Counted from the first letter of the stretch, positions 30,256 through 38,981 are shown. The stretch is DNA of 64,000 nt from an uncultured Muribaculaceae bacterium (GCA_964576135.1 CAZNTZ010000001.1:5792-69791), one strand, 5' to 3'. Notes: generated from the sequence alone by a model not told the origin. Numbers and translations are program-made.

Positions 30256-32199
30256 TCAGAAAATCAGCACTGGCCATATCGGTGCAAAGTCGTCTGTCCA
30301 ATTTAATTTCTTGTCTGTCGGTACCGTGTACCAGTTTTCCAGTAAATCCAGCGGTGATTTAGAAACGGCCAACCATGTTTGAATCATTCCGCTTTCTTCG
30401 AATAAATTCGGCCGCATATATTTTGCATATGTTCCGGTTGCTGAGACATGCGCACCAACCACAGGCATTAAATCCATGCCTGACATATTCATATGAAACA
30501 ATAATATCCCGCCAGGCGCAAGTTTGCTCAGGTACATTTGAAACGCCTCTGACGTCAGCATATGTGATGGAATCGAAAACCCATGGAATACATCGATGAT
30601 AATCAGATCGTATTTACCATCTGGTTGCTTTGCAATTTCTAATCGCCCGTCACCAATATATTCATGCGCATTTGGTGTACATAAATCAAAATAAGTAAAT
30701 TTTGTACCGTGACGACCCGAAACACTGAACATATATGGGTTCACATCAAACACATCCCAATTCTGACCCGGCGTCGCATAACATAACAATGCCCCACCCC
30801 CAAGTCCGACAAGTGCGATATTTTTATCACGAAAACGGTTTGCATAAACATTCATAAATATATCAGACGGAGAATTTTGTTTATAATACACAGTTGGATT
30901 TTTTGGACTTGTCTTTATCTGAATTCCATGTAAAGCAGTCCGCGTCATAAACATTTCTGTGTAATAAGAGTTTTCAAATACACGCGTTACTCCATAAAAA
31001 TTTCGATTATTGATAATTTTGGTATATTTCGGATCATCAGAATTGCGTGAAACCTGAATCAAAACACACAATATAACTACACCGAAAGATATCCATTTTT
31101 TAATATTTGTATCGGCAATAAAAATTAATGCCAAAATTAAAACTATTGGATATTCTATGTAACTGGAAAATATCAAAGGTGAAACAACCGAATTAAAGAA
31201 ACCACCCAAAGCGCCACCAATTGACAAACATACGTAAAACCAAGTTAAATCTCTTTTCGCCGGTGCAGATTTTGCCAGTTTAGTATGCAGTACCAGCGCA
31301 ATATAAAAAAATGCAGCTAAATGAACAGCTATAATTGCAAAACCGTACAAACCTTCGGTTCCGTGATTATCTATACTCTGCATCGTCAAAAATAAAATTG
31401 GAACTAAAATGAATAACGGCCATTGCCAGAAATTTCGACGACCACGACTAAAAGAAATAACAAAAGATAAAAAGTAAAGAGCCAATGGAATTATCCAAAA
31501 TAACGGTAAAACAAACATTTCAAAAGAAATATATTCGGTCAGCCCAAGCATTAAACTGGATGGTATAAATGCCAATAATATCCACCATAAACTTTGTTTG
31601 AAATTTCTGGTCTCGGGATGTGAATCATTTGTTACATTATGCTTTTCATTTCGTTTAATAAACATTAAAGCAATCAATGCTAAAATAACCAATCCGGCAA
31701 TAATTGAAAGTAACCCTTTTTGAACACTTCGAGACATTAATGGTTCAATAAAAATCGGAAACGATACCAATGCGGCCAATGCACCAAAATTGCTGGCACT
31801 GTAAAGTACATATGGATTTTCCAAATTGGAAATCCTTTGCACCAATGGCGCGGTCGACGACAATAAAAAATAAATAAACCCAACAGATGACAATAAAATA
31901 CAGATAATAGACAAAGTTGGAATACCAGTATCAATAATATTCAACGCAAATGGCAGTGTAAACAGAGACACCAAAAGCATTAAAATATGAATTTTCAGAT
32001 GATTATAAATTTTATGAGCATATATATATCCCGCCAACAACAATAATTGAAATACGAAACAACTGACATTCCATACACCTGCACTGCCACCAAATAATGG
32101 CAACAAATCACGCGCAAAAATTGGTTGGATTGCAAAAATCAAAAAGGCATTAAAAAATACAAGAATAGCTAATAAAAAAGATTTTAACCCGGTGTTCAT
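30256..32199 (-). CDS. fusion of a polytopic membrane domain with a spermidine-synthase-like (aminopropyltransferase-fold) domain
   Basis: 647 aa. About 12 TM helices over residues 1-400. C-terminal ~220 aa contain IALVGLGGGALLCY...YDLIIIDVFHGFSIPSHMLTSEAFQMYLSKLAPGGILLFHM, a Rossmann methyltransferase/SpeE-like pattern. Confidence 0.65.
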   Translation of the reverse strand: MNTGLKSFLLAILVFFNAFLIFAIQPIFARDLLPLFGGSAGVWNVSCFVFQLLLLAGYIYAHKIYNHLKIHILMLLVSLFTLPFALNIIDTGIPTLSIICILLSSVGFIYFLLSSTAPLVQRISNLENPYVLYSASNFGALAALVSFPIFIEPLMSRSVQKGLLSIIAGLVILALIALMFIKRNEKHNVTNDSHPETRNFKQSLWWILLAFIPSSLMLGLTEYISFEMFVLPLFWIIPLALYFLSFVISFSRGRRNFWQWPLFILVPILFLTMQSIDNHGTEGLYGFAIIAVHLAAFFYIALVLHTKLAKSAPAKRDLTWFYVCLSIGGALGGFFNSVVSPLIFSSYIEYPIVLILALIFIADTNIKKWISFGVVILCVLIQVSRNSDDPKYTKIINNRNFYGVTRVFENSYYTEMFMTRTALHGIQIKTSPKNPTVYYKQNSPSDIFMNVYANRFRDKNIALVGLGGGALLCYATPGQNWDVFDVNPYMFSVSGRHGTKFTYFDLCTPNAHEYIGDGRLEIAKQPDGKYDLIIIDVFHGFSIPSHMLTSEAFQMYLSKLAPGGILLFHMNMSGMDLMPVVGAHVSATGTYAKYMRPNLFEESGMIQTWLAVSKSPLDLLENWYTVPTDKKLNWTDDFAPIWPVLIF

Positions 32200-32289
32200 A
32201 AGCAGAATATTAAAGAAAATTTGCAGTATCGGTCAAGGTATAAAAAATCCTTGCAATCAATCAAAATCTGTGTAAAATACCCCCATCGT

Positions 32290-32366
32290 GCGAGCGTAGC
32301 TCAGTTGGCTAGAGCGCAACCTTGCCAAGGTTGAGGTCGAGGGTTCGAGCCCCTTTGCTCGCACCA
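32290..32366 (+). tRNA. tRNA-Gly (anticodon GCC)
   Basis: GCGAGCGTAGCTCAGTTGGCTAGAGCGCAACCTTGCCAAGGTTGAGGTCGAGGGTTCGAGCCCCTTTGCTCGCACCA. Anticodon loop TTGCCAA. Confidence 0.85.
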
Positions 32367-32373
32367 GATTTTC

Positions 32374-32404
32374 ACGGACGCGCCATGCGTCCGTTTCATT
32401 TTAA
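32374..32404 (+). terminator. hairpin terminator after tRNA-Gly
   Basis: CGGACGCgccatGCGTCCG followed by tttcatttt. Confidence 0.6.
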
Positions 32405-32422
32405 TAACGGGGGAAATTTATT

Positions 32423-33889
32423 ATGGCTGAGAATCCACAGCGTGCAGCTTTTGTAGAAAGATTAAACAAACTTGAAGAGCTTGGTGTAAAAGCATATCCC
32501 CATATTTATAAACCAAAAGATTTGGCCGCTGATTTGCAGAAAAAATATGCAGATTTGGCAAATGACACTATAACCGAAGACCCTGCAAATGTTGCTGGTC
32601 GTATTATGGGATACCGTAATGCAGGTATGTTTATGGACTTGAAAGACGGCAGCGGTAAAATTCAATTATTATCAAACAAATCTGGTTTTGATGAAAAAAC
32701 AGCAGCGGTTTTGAAACTGTTACGTCCAGGTGATTGGATCGGTGTAAATGGAACAATTCGCCGTACAAGCGCAGGCGAACTTACCATTGCTGTATCTGAA
32801 ATAACCGTTTTGGCAAAAACTTTGTTACCATTGCCTGAAAAATTTCACGGACTTGTTGACACAGAGGCTCGTTATCGCCAACGTTATCTGGACATGATTA
32901 TGTCTGACGAATCACGCGACACACTGATTAAAAGATTCCAAATAGAGCAAGAAGTTCGCGCATTTATGATCGAACGAAAATTTTTAGAAGTTGAAACGCC
33001 AATTTTACAAGAATCCAAAGGTGGCGCAACAGCAAAACCATTTATAACACACCATAATTCTTTGGATCGTGATTTATTTATGCGCGTTGCACCAGAATTG
33101 TATCTGAAACGACTTATCATTGGTGGAATGTCCAGAGTATTTGAAATTGGAAAAAATTTCCGTAACGAAGGAACCGATACAAAACACAATCCAGAATTCA
33201 CAATGATGGAGGCTTATCAGACATTTGCCGACTATAATGATATGATGGATTTGGTCGAACAATTGACGGAAAGATTGGCAATAAAATTCACAGGTGGAAC
33301 AAAATTAAAATTTGGTGACCGTGAAATTGATGTCAAAGCGCCATGGCAACGTGCAAGTATGTTGGATTTAATTCGTGAAAAAACAGGTGTAGATTTTCTG
33401 GAAATCAAAGATGATGAAACGGCTCGCGCACTCGCAAATAAACTTGATGTGCATGTTGATAAAAACGCTTCGTGGGGAACAGTTGTCGAAGAAGTATTTA
33501 ATGAAAAAATAGAAGAATCCTTACTCGGGCCAATTCATATTATTGATTACCCAATCGAAGTTTCACCACTTACAAAAACACATCGTGAAAATTCACGTCT
33601 TGTTGAAAGATTTGAAACACGTATGTTCGGAATGGAAATGTGCAACGCATATTCTGAATTGACCGACCCACGTGATCAAAGACAGCGTTTGGAATCACAG
33701 GCTGCTAAACGTGCAAGCGGTGACGACGAAGCAGATATGCTTGACGAAGATTTTATAAACGCAATTGAATATGGAATGCCACCAACTGGTGGAATCGGAA
33801 TCGGAATCGACAGATTGATTATGGTTATATTGAATAAGGAATCTATTCGCGACATCATAGCATTTCCAATTCTAAAAGAAAAGAAATAA
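32423..33889 (+). CDS. lysS: lysyl-tRNA synthetase, class II
   Basis: 488 aa. N-terminal OB anticodon-binding domain. Class II motifs (...FRNEGTDTKHNPEFTMMEAY..., ...GMPPTGGIGIGIDRLIM). Confidence 0.95.
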   Translation: MAENPQRAAFVERLNKLEELGVKAYPHIYKPKDLAADLQKKYADLANDTITEDPANVAGRIMGYRNAGMFMDLKDGSGKIQLLSNKSGFDEKTAAVLKLLRPGDWIGVNGTIRRTSAGELTIAVSEITVLAKTLLPLPEKFHGLVDTEARYRQRYLDMIMSDESRDTLIKRFQIEQEVRAFMIERKFLEVETPILQESKGGATAKPFITHHNSLDRDLFMRVAPELYLKRLIIGGMSRVFEIGKNFRNEGTDTKHNPEFTMMEAYQTFADYNDMMDLVEQLTERLAIKFTGGTKLKFGDREIDVKAPWQRASMLDLIREKTGVDFLEIKDDETARALANKLDVHVDKNASWGTVVEEVFNEKIEESLLGPIHIIDYPIEVSPLTKTHRENSRLVERFETRMFGMEMCNAYSELTDPRDQRQRLESQAAKRASGDDEADMLDEDFINAIEYGMPPTGGIGIGIDRLIMVILNKESIRDIIAFPILKEKK

Positions 33890-33913
33890 AAACACCGCCA
33901 ACAGGCGGTTTTT
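33890..33913 (+). terminator. rho-independent terminator after lysS
   Basis: aaaaaCACCGCCaacaGGCGGTtttttag. Confidence 0.7.
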
Positions 33914-33989
33914 TAGCTAATTTTTTCCACTTGATATTTACACCCTTTTTGCTATGATTCCACTGTTCAACTAAAGAAGGAGAAAACTT

Positions 33990-34817
33990 ATGACTTGGAC
34001 AATATTGGTTCTGGTCGTGGCGATTGCCTTATACGTGTTCGGCGGCATGCTGTTCAAACACGATGGTAAATCCGTTCCGGCTTGGAAAATCTATGCTAAC
34101 AAATCCGCAAAGTTGGTTTCGATCATTTTGTTGGTCGTTGGTGTAAATCGTTTAGGACTTGGCACAACTTATTATTTGACACAAAGCAACCCAGCAATTT
34201 TGCAAGAAATGGCCCAAGGTATGCAAGCTCAAAGAACAGAAGATTCAAGCCGTAATATCAAAAAGTTCGTCCGTAAAAATATGGATATGATGATTAAAGA
34301 TGCACCAGTTTTGGGTAATACAAATGCCACAAAAACTATCTTTCTCTTCTCTGATTATTCATGCCCATACTGCCGCCGCGTTCACAGTGAATTGTCACGT
34401 GTCTTGGCGGAACGTAACGATGTTCGCATTGTTTTGAAGAACTTTTCTATTCATGGTCCATTATCTGATGCACCAGCCCGCGCTGTTATCGCTGCAAAAT
34501 TGCAAAGCAATGACAAAGCCGCAAAATTGGATGCATTGTTGATGGGTAAAGAATACTTCTCACAAAACGACATGAAAGACCAAGCAAAACTTGGTGCCAA
34601 AGTTGAAAAGAATGTTTTAGCAATGGCCAAAGAAGCAGGTCTTAACGTTGATCAGTTAAAGAAAGACATGAATGGTGAAGTTGTAGCACGTGAATTGGGT
34701 AATGTTCGCGCATTGGCAGAACAATTCCAAATCGGTGGTACACCATACTTGATCATCCAAGACAAAGCGTTCCCAGGTGCAATACCTTACGAACAAATTG
34801 TTGATGCATTGAAATAA
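33990..34817 (+). CDS. membrane-anchored DsbA-family thiol:disulfide oxidoreductase
   Basis: N-terminal TM (ILVLVVAIALYVFGG). Thioredoxin-fold active site CPYC (...FLFSDYSCPYCRRVHSE...). Confidence 0.75.
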   Translation: MTWTILVLVVAIALYVFGGMLFKHDGKSVPAWKIYANKSAKLVSIILLVVGVNRLGLGTTYYLTQSNPAILQEMAQGMQAQRTEDSSRNIKKFVRKNMDMMIKDAPVLGNTNATKTIFLFSDYSCPYCRRVHSELSRVLAERNDVRIVLKNFSIHGPLSDAPARAVIAAKLQSNDKAAKLDALLMGKEYFSQNDMKDQAKLGAKVEKNVLAMAKEAGLNVDQLKKDMNGEVVARELGNVRALAEQFQIGGTPYLIIQDKAFPGAIPYEQIVDALK

Positions 34818-34846
34818 AAAATCGCCCGTTTGGGCGATTTTTTTTA
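34815..34846. terminator. bidirectional rho-independent terminator between dsbA-like and recO
   Basis: aaaaaATCGCCCGtttGGGCGATtttttttt. Confidence 0.7.
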
Positions 34847-34854
34847 ACTTAAAT

Positions 34855-35484
34855 TTAATTTAAAATTATTCTGGCATTTGGTAATTTAGCATCTTGATTG
34901 ATTGCCAGTTTTTCCAAAAAAAATTTCGTAGTATTTAAACTGACTGGTAATTCAAAACATCTATCCATCCATGGCTCTGCACACTTTTTACAAACTGCGC
35001 GCCCTGTCCTTTGCGATATATGGGTCAGATTATCTTTACAATTACAATTTGAACAATGGGTCAGATCAAGTGCATATCCAAGTTCACTGAGAAGGTTTGT
35101 TTCCCATTCTGTATAACCTTGTTTCCCACACAACAAATTCAAAGTATCATCAAACAAAGATTCGTATTTTTCACGTTCTGGCAACAATGAGACCAGTAAT
35201 GAAAATGCGGAATTTATGAACAAAAGCACCTTGGCATCATTCATAACTGATGCAATCATATTCTTTTCGGTTTCAAAATGAAATACCCCAAGCTGCGAAT
35301 CGAGACGTGCATTCCAAGATACAGAACCATATTGACCAATTATCGGTTTATTCTTTTTTAAGATTTGTGCCCCACGAAGCATTCCACACATTATACCAAA
35401 ATCACGTGTAAAAATATGCGCGACCAAATCACGTTCACCAAATGGACGCAAAGAAATTAAGATTCCAACCGATTCAAGTTTCAT
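34855..35484 (-). CDS. recO: DNA repair protein RecO
   Basis: 209 aa. N-terminal OB region MKLESVGILISLRPFGERDLV. C-terminal zinc motif CSNCNC...CKKC. Confidence 0.8.
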   Translation of the reverse strand: MKLESVGILISLRPFGERDLVAHIFTRDFGIMCGMLRGAQILKKNKPIIGQYGSVSWNARLDSQLGVFHFETEKNMIASVMNDAKVLLFINSAFSLLVSLLPEREKYESLFDDTLNLLCGKQGYTEWETNLLSELGYALDLTHCSNCNCKDNLTHISQRTGRAVCKKCAEPWMDRCFELPVSLNTTKFFLEKLAINQDAKLPNARIILN

Positions 35485-35499
35485 GATTTTAATTATATC

Positions 35500-35529
35500 A
35501 AAAATCCGCCTTGCGGCGGATTTTTTTTA
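35500..35529. terminator. bidirectional hairpin terminator at the rplI stop
   Basis: aaaaTCCGCCttgcGGCGGAttttttttat. The T-run overlaps the rplI stop codon. Confidence 0.65.
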
Positions 35530-36126
35530 TGCTTCGATATCTTCTTTGACTTTCTTAACTTTCTTTTCTTCTTTAACTTCTTCAATTACTTCGGCTGGTT
35601 CTTCTTCTTCAACCTGCTCTTCTATTTTCTTGGTTCCAAATGTCAAAACCTTACCTGCGACCAACGCATCAATTTCATCTTGAGTTTGAGCAACATAGAT
35701 TTTTACAGGAACAATTACATCAGCATGCAAAGCGATTTTTGTATCAAATGCGCCAATTGTTTTAATTGGGCTGCCCAACAAAACTTGGTTTGATTCAATC
35801 ACAACACCTGTCAAATCTTTCAACATCTTTGCAATATCGCGTGAAGACACAGAACCATATAATTGGCCAGTATCACCTGCAGAACGTATCATATGGAACT
35901 TTGTAGCTGTAACTTTATCTTTCGCAGATTCTGCACCTTTCTTTGCAGTTTCTTGTTTTGCAATCAGTTCTGATTTCTTTGATTCAAACAAAGCGATGTT
36001 TTCACGTGACCATCTCATTGCTTTTTTGTTCGGCAAAAGATAATTACGTGCAAAACCTGTTGCAACTTCTACTGTATCGCCAATGGTTCCAAGTTTGTAA
36101 ATTTTTTCTGTTAAAATGACTTTCAT
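35527..36126 (-). CDS. rplI: 50S ribosomal protein L9 with ~50-aa acidic/lysine-rich C-terminal extension
   Basis: MKVILTEKIYKLGTIGDTVEVATGFARNYLLPNKKA... then tail ...EEQVEEEEPAEVIEEVKEEKKVKKVKEDIEA. Confidence 0.9.
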   Translation of the reverse strand: MKVILTEKIYKLGTIGDTVEVATGFARNYLLPNKKAMRWSRENIALFESKKSELIAKQETAKKGAESAKDKVTATKFHMIRSAGDTGQLYGSVSSRDIAKMLKDLTGVVIESNQVLLGSPIKTIGAFDTKIALHADVIVPVKIYVAQTQDEIDALVAGKVLTFGTKKIEEQVEEEEPAEVIEEVKEEKKVKKVKEDIEA

Positions 36127-36190
36127 TTTATCTGTCCTCTTTAATTATTGTTGAGTTAGGGATAAAAATCCCAAATTTTTTTAGTTCTGA

Positions 36191-36418
36191 TTAACCAAGA
36201 TGGTTTTTCACGAATGCAATCAGACCCAAATGACGTGCACGTTTAATGGCTTGGGCCAATTTACGTTGATCGCCTGCTGGAACACCGGAAATACGACTTG
36301 GGACAATTTTGCCACGTTCTGTGATGTAATGCGAAAGTGTTTTCACATCTTTGTAATCAATATCTCTGCCCTTTAATGGGTTTGATTTTTTGCGATAAAT
36401 CGCTGCGCGAACTGCCAT
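36191..36418 (-). CDS. rpsR: 30S ribosomal protein S18
   Basis: ...[47 protein letters not shown]. Confidence 0.9.
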   Translation of the reverse strand: MAVRAAIYRKKSNPLKGRDIDYKDVKTLSHYITERGKIVPSRISGVPAGDQRKLAQAIKRARHLGLIAFVKNHLG

Positions 36419-36753
36419 TATTCTACCTCTTCATTTTTCTTCATCATGATTGATGGTTCTGTTGCCAATGCATCAACGCGGACGTTCAAGAATCTGATAA
36501 CGTCTTCGTCAATACGTGCGCGACGTTCAAATTCGGAAAGATTCTTACCATCCAAAACGATGTTCATCATAACAAAGTGAGCCTTGCGGTTTTTACGTAT
36601 GATGTATGCCAAGCCTTTCAATCCCCAGAATTCTGTTGATTTAACTTCGCCACCCAGCTCTTTGATAATGCTCGCAAATTTCGCAGATTTTTCTTTGACC
36701 TGCGGTTCGGTCAAGTCTTGGCGAAATACCAAGACATTTTCATAAAATGCCAT
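36418..36753 (-). CDS. rpsF: 30S ribosomal protein S6
   Basis: [37 protein letters not shown]... Overlaps the rpsR start by 1 nt. Confidence 0.9.
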   Translation of the reverse strand: MAFYENVLVFRQDLTEPQVKEKSAKFASIIKELGGEVKSTEFWGLKGLAYIIRKNRKAHFVMMNIVLDGKNLSEFERRARIDEDVIRFLNVRVDALATEPSIMMKKNEEVE

Positions 36754-36773
36754 TTATTTTTCCTTTGGTTTAT

Positions 36774-36800
36774 CAGCCGACGGGATAAGCCCGTCAGCAG
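36774..36800 (-). promoter_or_regulatory. hairpin in the 5' leader of the rpsF-rpsR-rplI operon (candidate S6:S18 autoregulatory leader element)
   Basis: Minus-strand transcript would read ...CUGCUGACGGGCUUAUCCCGUCGGCUGAU... about 25-45 nt upstream of the rpsF ATG. Stem GACGGG/CCCGUC plus flanking pairs. Confidence 0.3.
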
Positions 36801-36870
36801 GAAGCAGAGGTATTTTATATAAAAATTAGAGAAAAGCAAGCAAAAATAACCGCGCACTTTTTATTTTCTA

Positions 36871-36900
36871 TTGACCAAAGTTGCCTATTTCATTTATAAT
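36871..36900 (+). promoter_or_regulatory. sigma70-type promoter for the motA/motB-like pair
   Basis: TTGACC (36871-36876), 18-nt spacer, TATAAT (36895-36900). RBS AAGAGGA 7 nt before ATG 36920. Confidence 0.5.
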
Positions 36901-36919
36901 ACAAGGGTAAGAGGAATTT

Positions 36920-37735
36920 ATGAACACTCATTTTCACAGAAATCTTAACAGAATGGCCTTGTTTACGGTGTTGATCGTAGCGGGGCTGGTAATGTGGCAC
37001 GTAAATATTTTACAAATGGCACTGAATAACATATGGTTAAACGGCGCTATTTTAGGAACAACTATTTTTGGAATTGGTTTGTGTTTTGCAAATATTTTTC
37101 AATTGGTTCCAGAATATTCATGGATGCGTCGATTTTTTTCGGACAAATCAAAGTCCATAGATTTACCGCCACGCATTTTACGCCCTGTGGCAATAATGTT
37201 GAACACAGCAAAATTTCAAAAGAAAAAATATATTTCATCACAGACATTAAATAATTTTCTTGAAATTATTATTGGTCGTTTTGAAGATCAACGCGAGTCT
37301 ATCAGATATATTACAAATGTTTTGATTTTTATGGGACTGCTTGGCACGTTTTGGGGACTGATACATACTGTTGGTGGTTTTGCAGATTTAGTTCATGGTT
37401 TAGATTTTGCAGATGAAAATATTATGACAACGGTTCAAAAGGGACTTGCCGTGCCACTTTCTGGAATGGCTGTTGCATTTACAAGTTCATTATTTGGTTT
37501 GGCTGGTTCATTGATTGTTGGATTTTTGGGTTTGCAAGTACAACTTGCCCAAAATGCAATGTTCCGTGAACTTGAAGAGCAATTATCCGATCGTGCAAAA
37601 TTATTTGGATATTTAGAAATCGGTGCACGCGGCGAAGAAACCGCACTACCTTATGTCAATGCAGCCGCAAAAGAATTGACCAAAGCAATAGAAAAGCTTG
37701 ATAAAACCGTAAGCAAAATGACGGCAAAAAGTTAA
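36920..37735 (+). CDS. MotA/TolQ/ExbB-family proton-channel subunit (stator A-like)
   Basis: 271 aa. 4 predicted TM helices with a ~70-aa cytoplasmic loop between TM2 and TM3. TM3 MGLLGTFWGLIHTVGGF and TM4 VPLSGMAVAFTSSLFGLAGSLIVGFLGL match the MotA/ExbB/TolQ signature. Confidence 0.7.
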   Translation: MNTHFHRNLNRMALFTVLIVAGLVMWHVNILQMALNNIWLNGAILGTTIFGIGLCFANIFQLVPEYSWMRRFFSDKSKSIDLPPRILRPVAIMLNTAKFQKKKYISSQTLNNFLEIIIGRFEDQRESIRYITNVLIFMGLLGTFWGLIHTVGGFADLVHGLDFADENIMTTVQKGLAVPLSGMAVAFTSSLFGLAGSLIVGFLGLQVQLAQNAMFRELEEQLSDRAKLFGYLEIGARGEETALPYVNAAAKELTKAIEKLDKTVSKMTAKS

Positions 37736-37755
37736 ATCTTTTTGGGAGAGAGCAA

Positions 37756-38946
37756 ATGATAAAATTTCGTGAACGCACAAATACATGGCCTGGATTCGTA
37801 GATTTGTTTTCAAATCTGGTCATTGTTTTGATTTTTTTATTGATTGTTTTTGTGTTTCTTTGGACAACTACAAGTATATTTAATTCCAAAACTGGCGCCA
37901 AAAAAATGGCTGAATTAACAAGAATAAATGCAGAACAAAGCGAACAAATTGTTCAAATGACTGCGGATGAACAAGAAGCTAAGCGTCTCTTGATTCTTGC
38001 CCATGCAGAATTGGAACATCTTGAATCAACCAAGGCAAGTCTTGAAGATGAAGTCAATAATCTTGATTCTTCGGTAAAAAATAAAGATGCAAAAATCGAA
38101 GATCTTGTTCTTTCTTATGAAGACAAAGTTAAACAAATTCAATTATCAAGCGAGAATATGCGGGCCATGATTCAATCTTTGAATGCCCAATTGAGTTCTT
38201 TGAATGATCAACTTAATGCTACTCAGTCTCAAAGTATTGCGGCACAGTCACAAACCGAGGCGGAAAAAGCGGAACTTGCCAATCAAAGAAATAATTTAGA
38301 ACAACAACTTGTTACGTTGAACCAACAACTTGCAGATATGAATGCCGCATTGCAAGCAGCAGAAGTAAAGTCTCAGCAACAAGAAGTTAATTATGTAGAA
38401 ATGTCAACCCGTCTGAATCGTGCATTAGCTGACAAAGCAGCCGAAGCAGCAATGTACGCAAACGAAGCAGCAAAATATGCCGAAATGTCAAAATATCAGT
38501 CAGAATTTTTCAAAGCAATTAAATTAGCTTTTGCAAATGATCCTAATATCGACACCAGCAGTGACAGATTCCTAATTCCAAGTGATATATTATTTGCATC
38601 TGGATCTTTTGATTTATCACCCGAAGGAAAAAAACAACTTAATGTAATTGCAAACGTGATAAAGAATATGGAAAACGTTATTCCACAAAATGTTGCTTGG
38701 ATAATACGTGTTGATGGACATACAGATACAAAACCGGTTGTTCCAGGAAATCGTGCATATAAAAATAACACTGAATTGTCACTGTTGCGCGCACGTGCTG
38801 TGGCACGCGAACTGGGTGAAAAAGGTGTAAATCGTAAACGATTGGTTCCTAGCGGCTTTGGCGAATTACATCCAGCAATCCAAGGTGAAAGCCCAACTGC
38901 ATTGCAAAAGAATCGCAGAATAGAACTGCGTTTGACAAATCCGTAA
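37756..38946 (+). CDS. MotB/OmpA-family stator B-like subunit with ~250-aa Q-rich coiled-coil linker
   Basis: N-terminal TM with conserved Asp (WPGFVDLFSNLVIVLIFLLIVFVF, compare MotB YADLMTLL). Long heptad-rich linker. C-terminal OmpA/MotB peptidoglycan-binding domain (...VDGHTDTKPV...NTELSLLRARAVARELGEKG...NRRIELRL). Confidence 0.7.
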   Translation: MIKFRERTNTWPGFVDLFSNLVIVLIFLLIVFVFLWTTTSIFNSKTGAKKMAELTRINAEQSEQIVQMTADEQEAKRLLILAHAELEHLESTKASLEDEVNNLDSSVKNKDAKIEDLVLSYEDKVKQIQLSSENMRAMIQSLNAQLSSLNDQLNATQSQSIAAQSQTEAEKAELANQRNNLEQQLVTLNQQLADMNAALQAAEVKSQQQEVNYVEMSTRLNRALADKAAEAAMYANEAAKYAEMSKYQSEFFKAIKLAFANDPNIDTSSDRFLIPSDILFASGSFDLSPEGKKQLNVIANVIKNMENVIPQNVAWIIRVDGHTDTKPVVPGNRAYKNNTELSLLRARAVARELGEKGVNRKRLVPSGFGELHPAIQGESPTALQKNRRIELRLTNP

Positions 38947-38980
38947 AAAATCAATCCGCCAAATGGCGGATTTTTAATTT
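38945..38980. terminator. rho-independent terminator after motB-like
   Basis: aaaaaaTCAATCCGCCaaatGGCGGAtttttaatttt. Confidence 0.7.
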
Positions 38981-38981
38981 T

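Noticed and set aside
36920-38946. MotAB-like pair as a Zorya anti-phage system
   Set aside because: In Zorya the long coiled-coil tail is on ZorA (about 700 aa) and ZorC/D or ZorE follow. Here the A subunit is short, the coiled coil is on B, and the downstream genes are HIT/DUF167 on the opposite strand.
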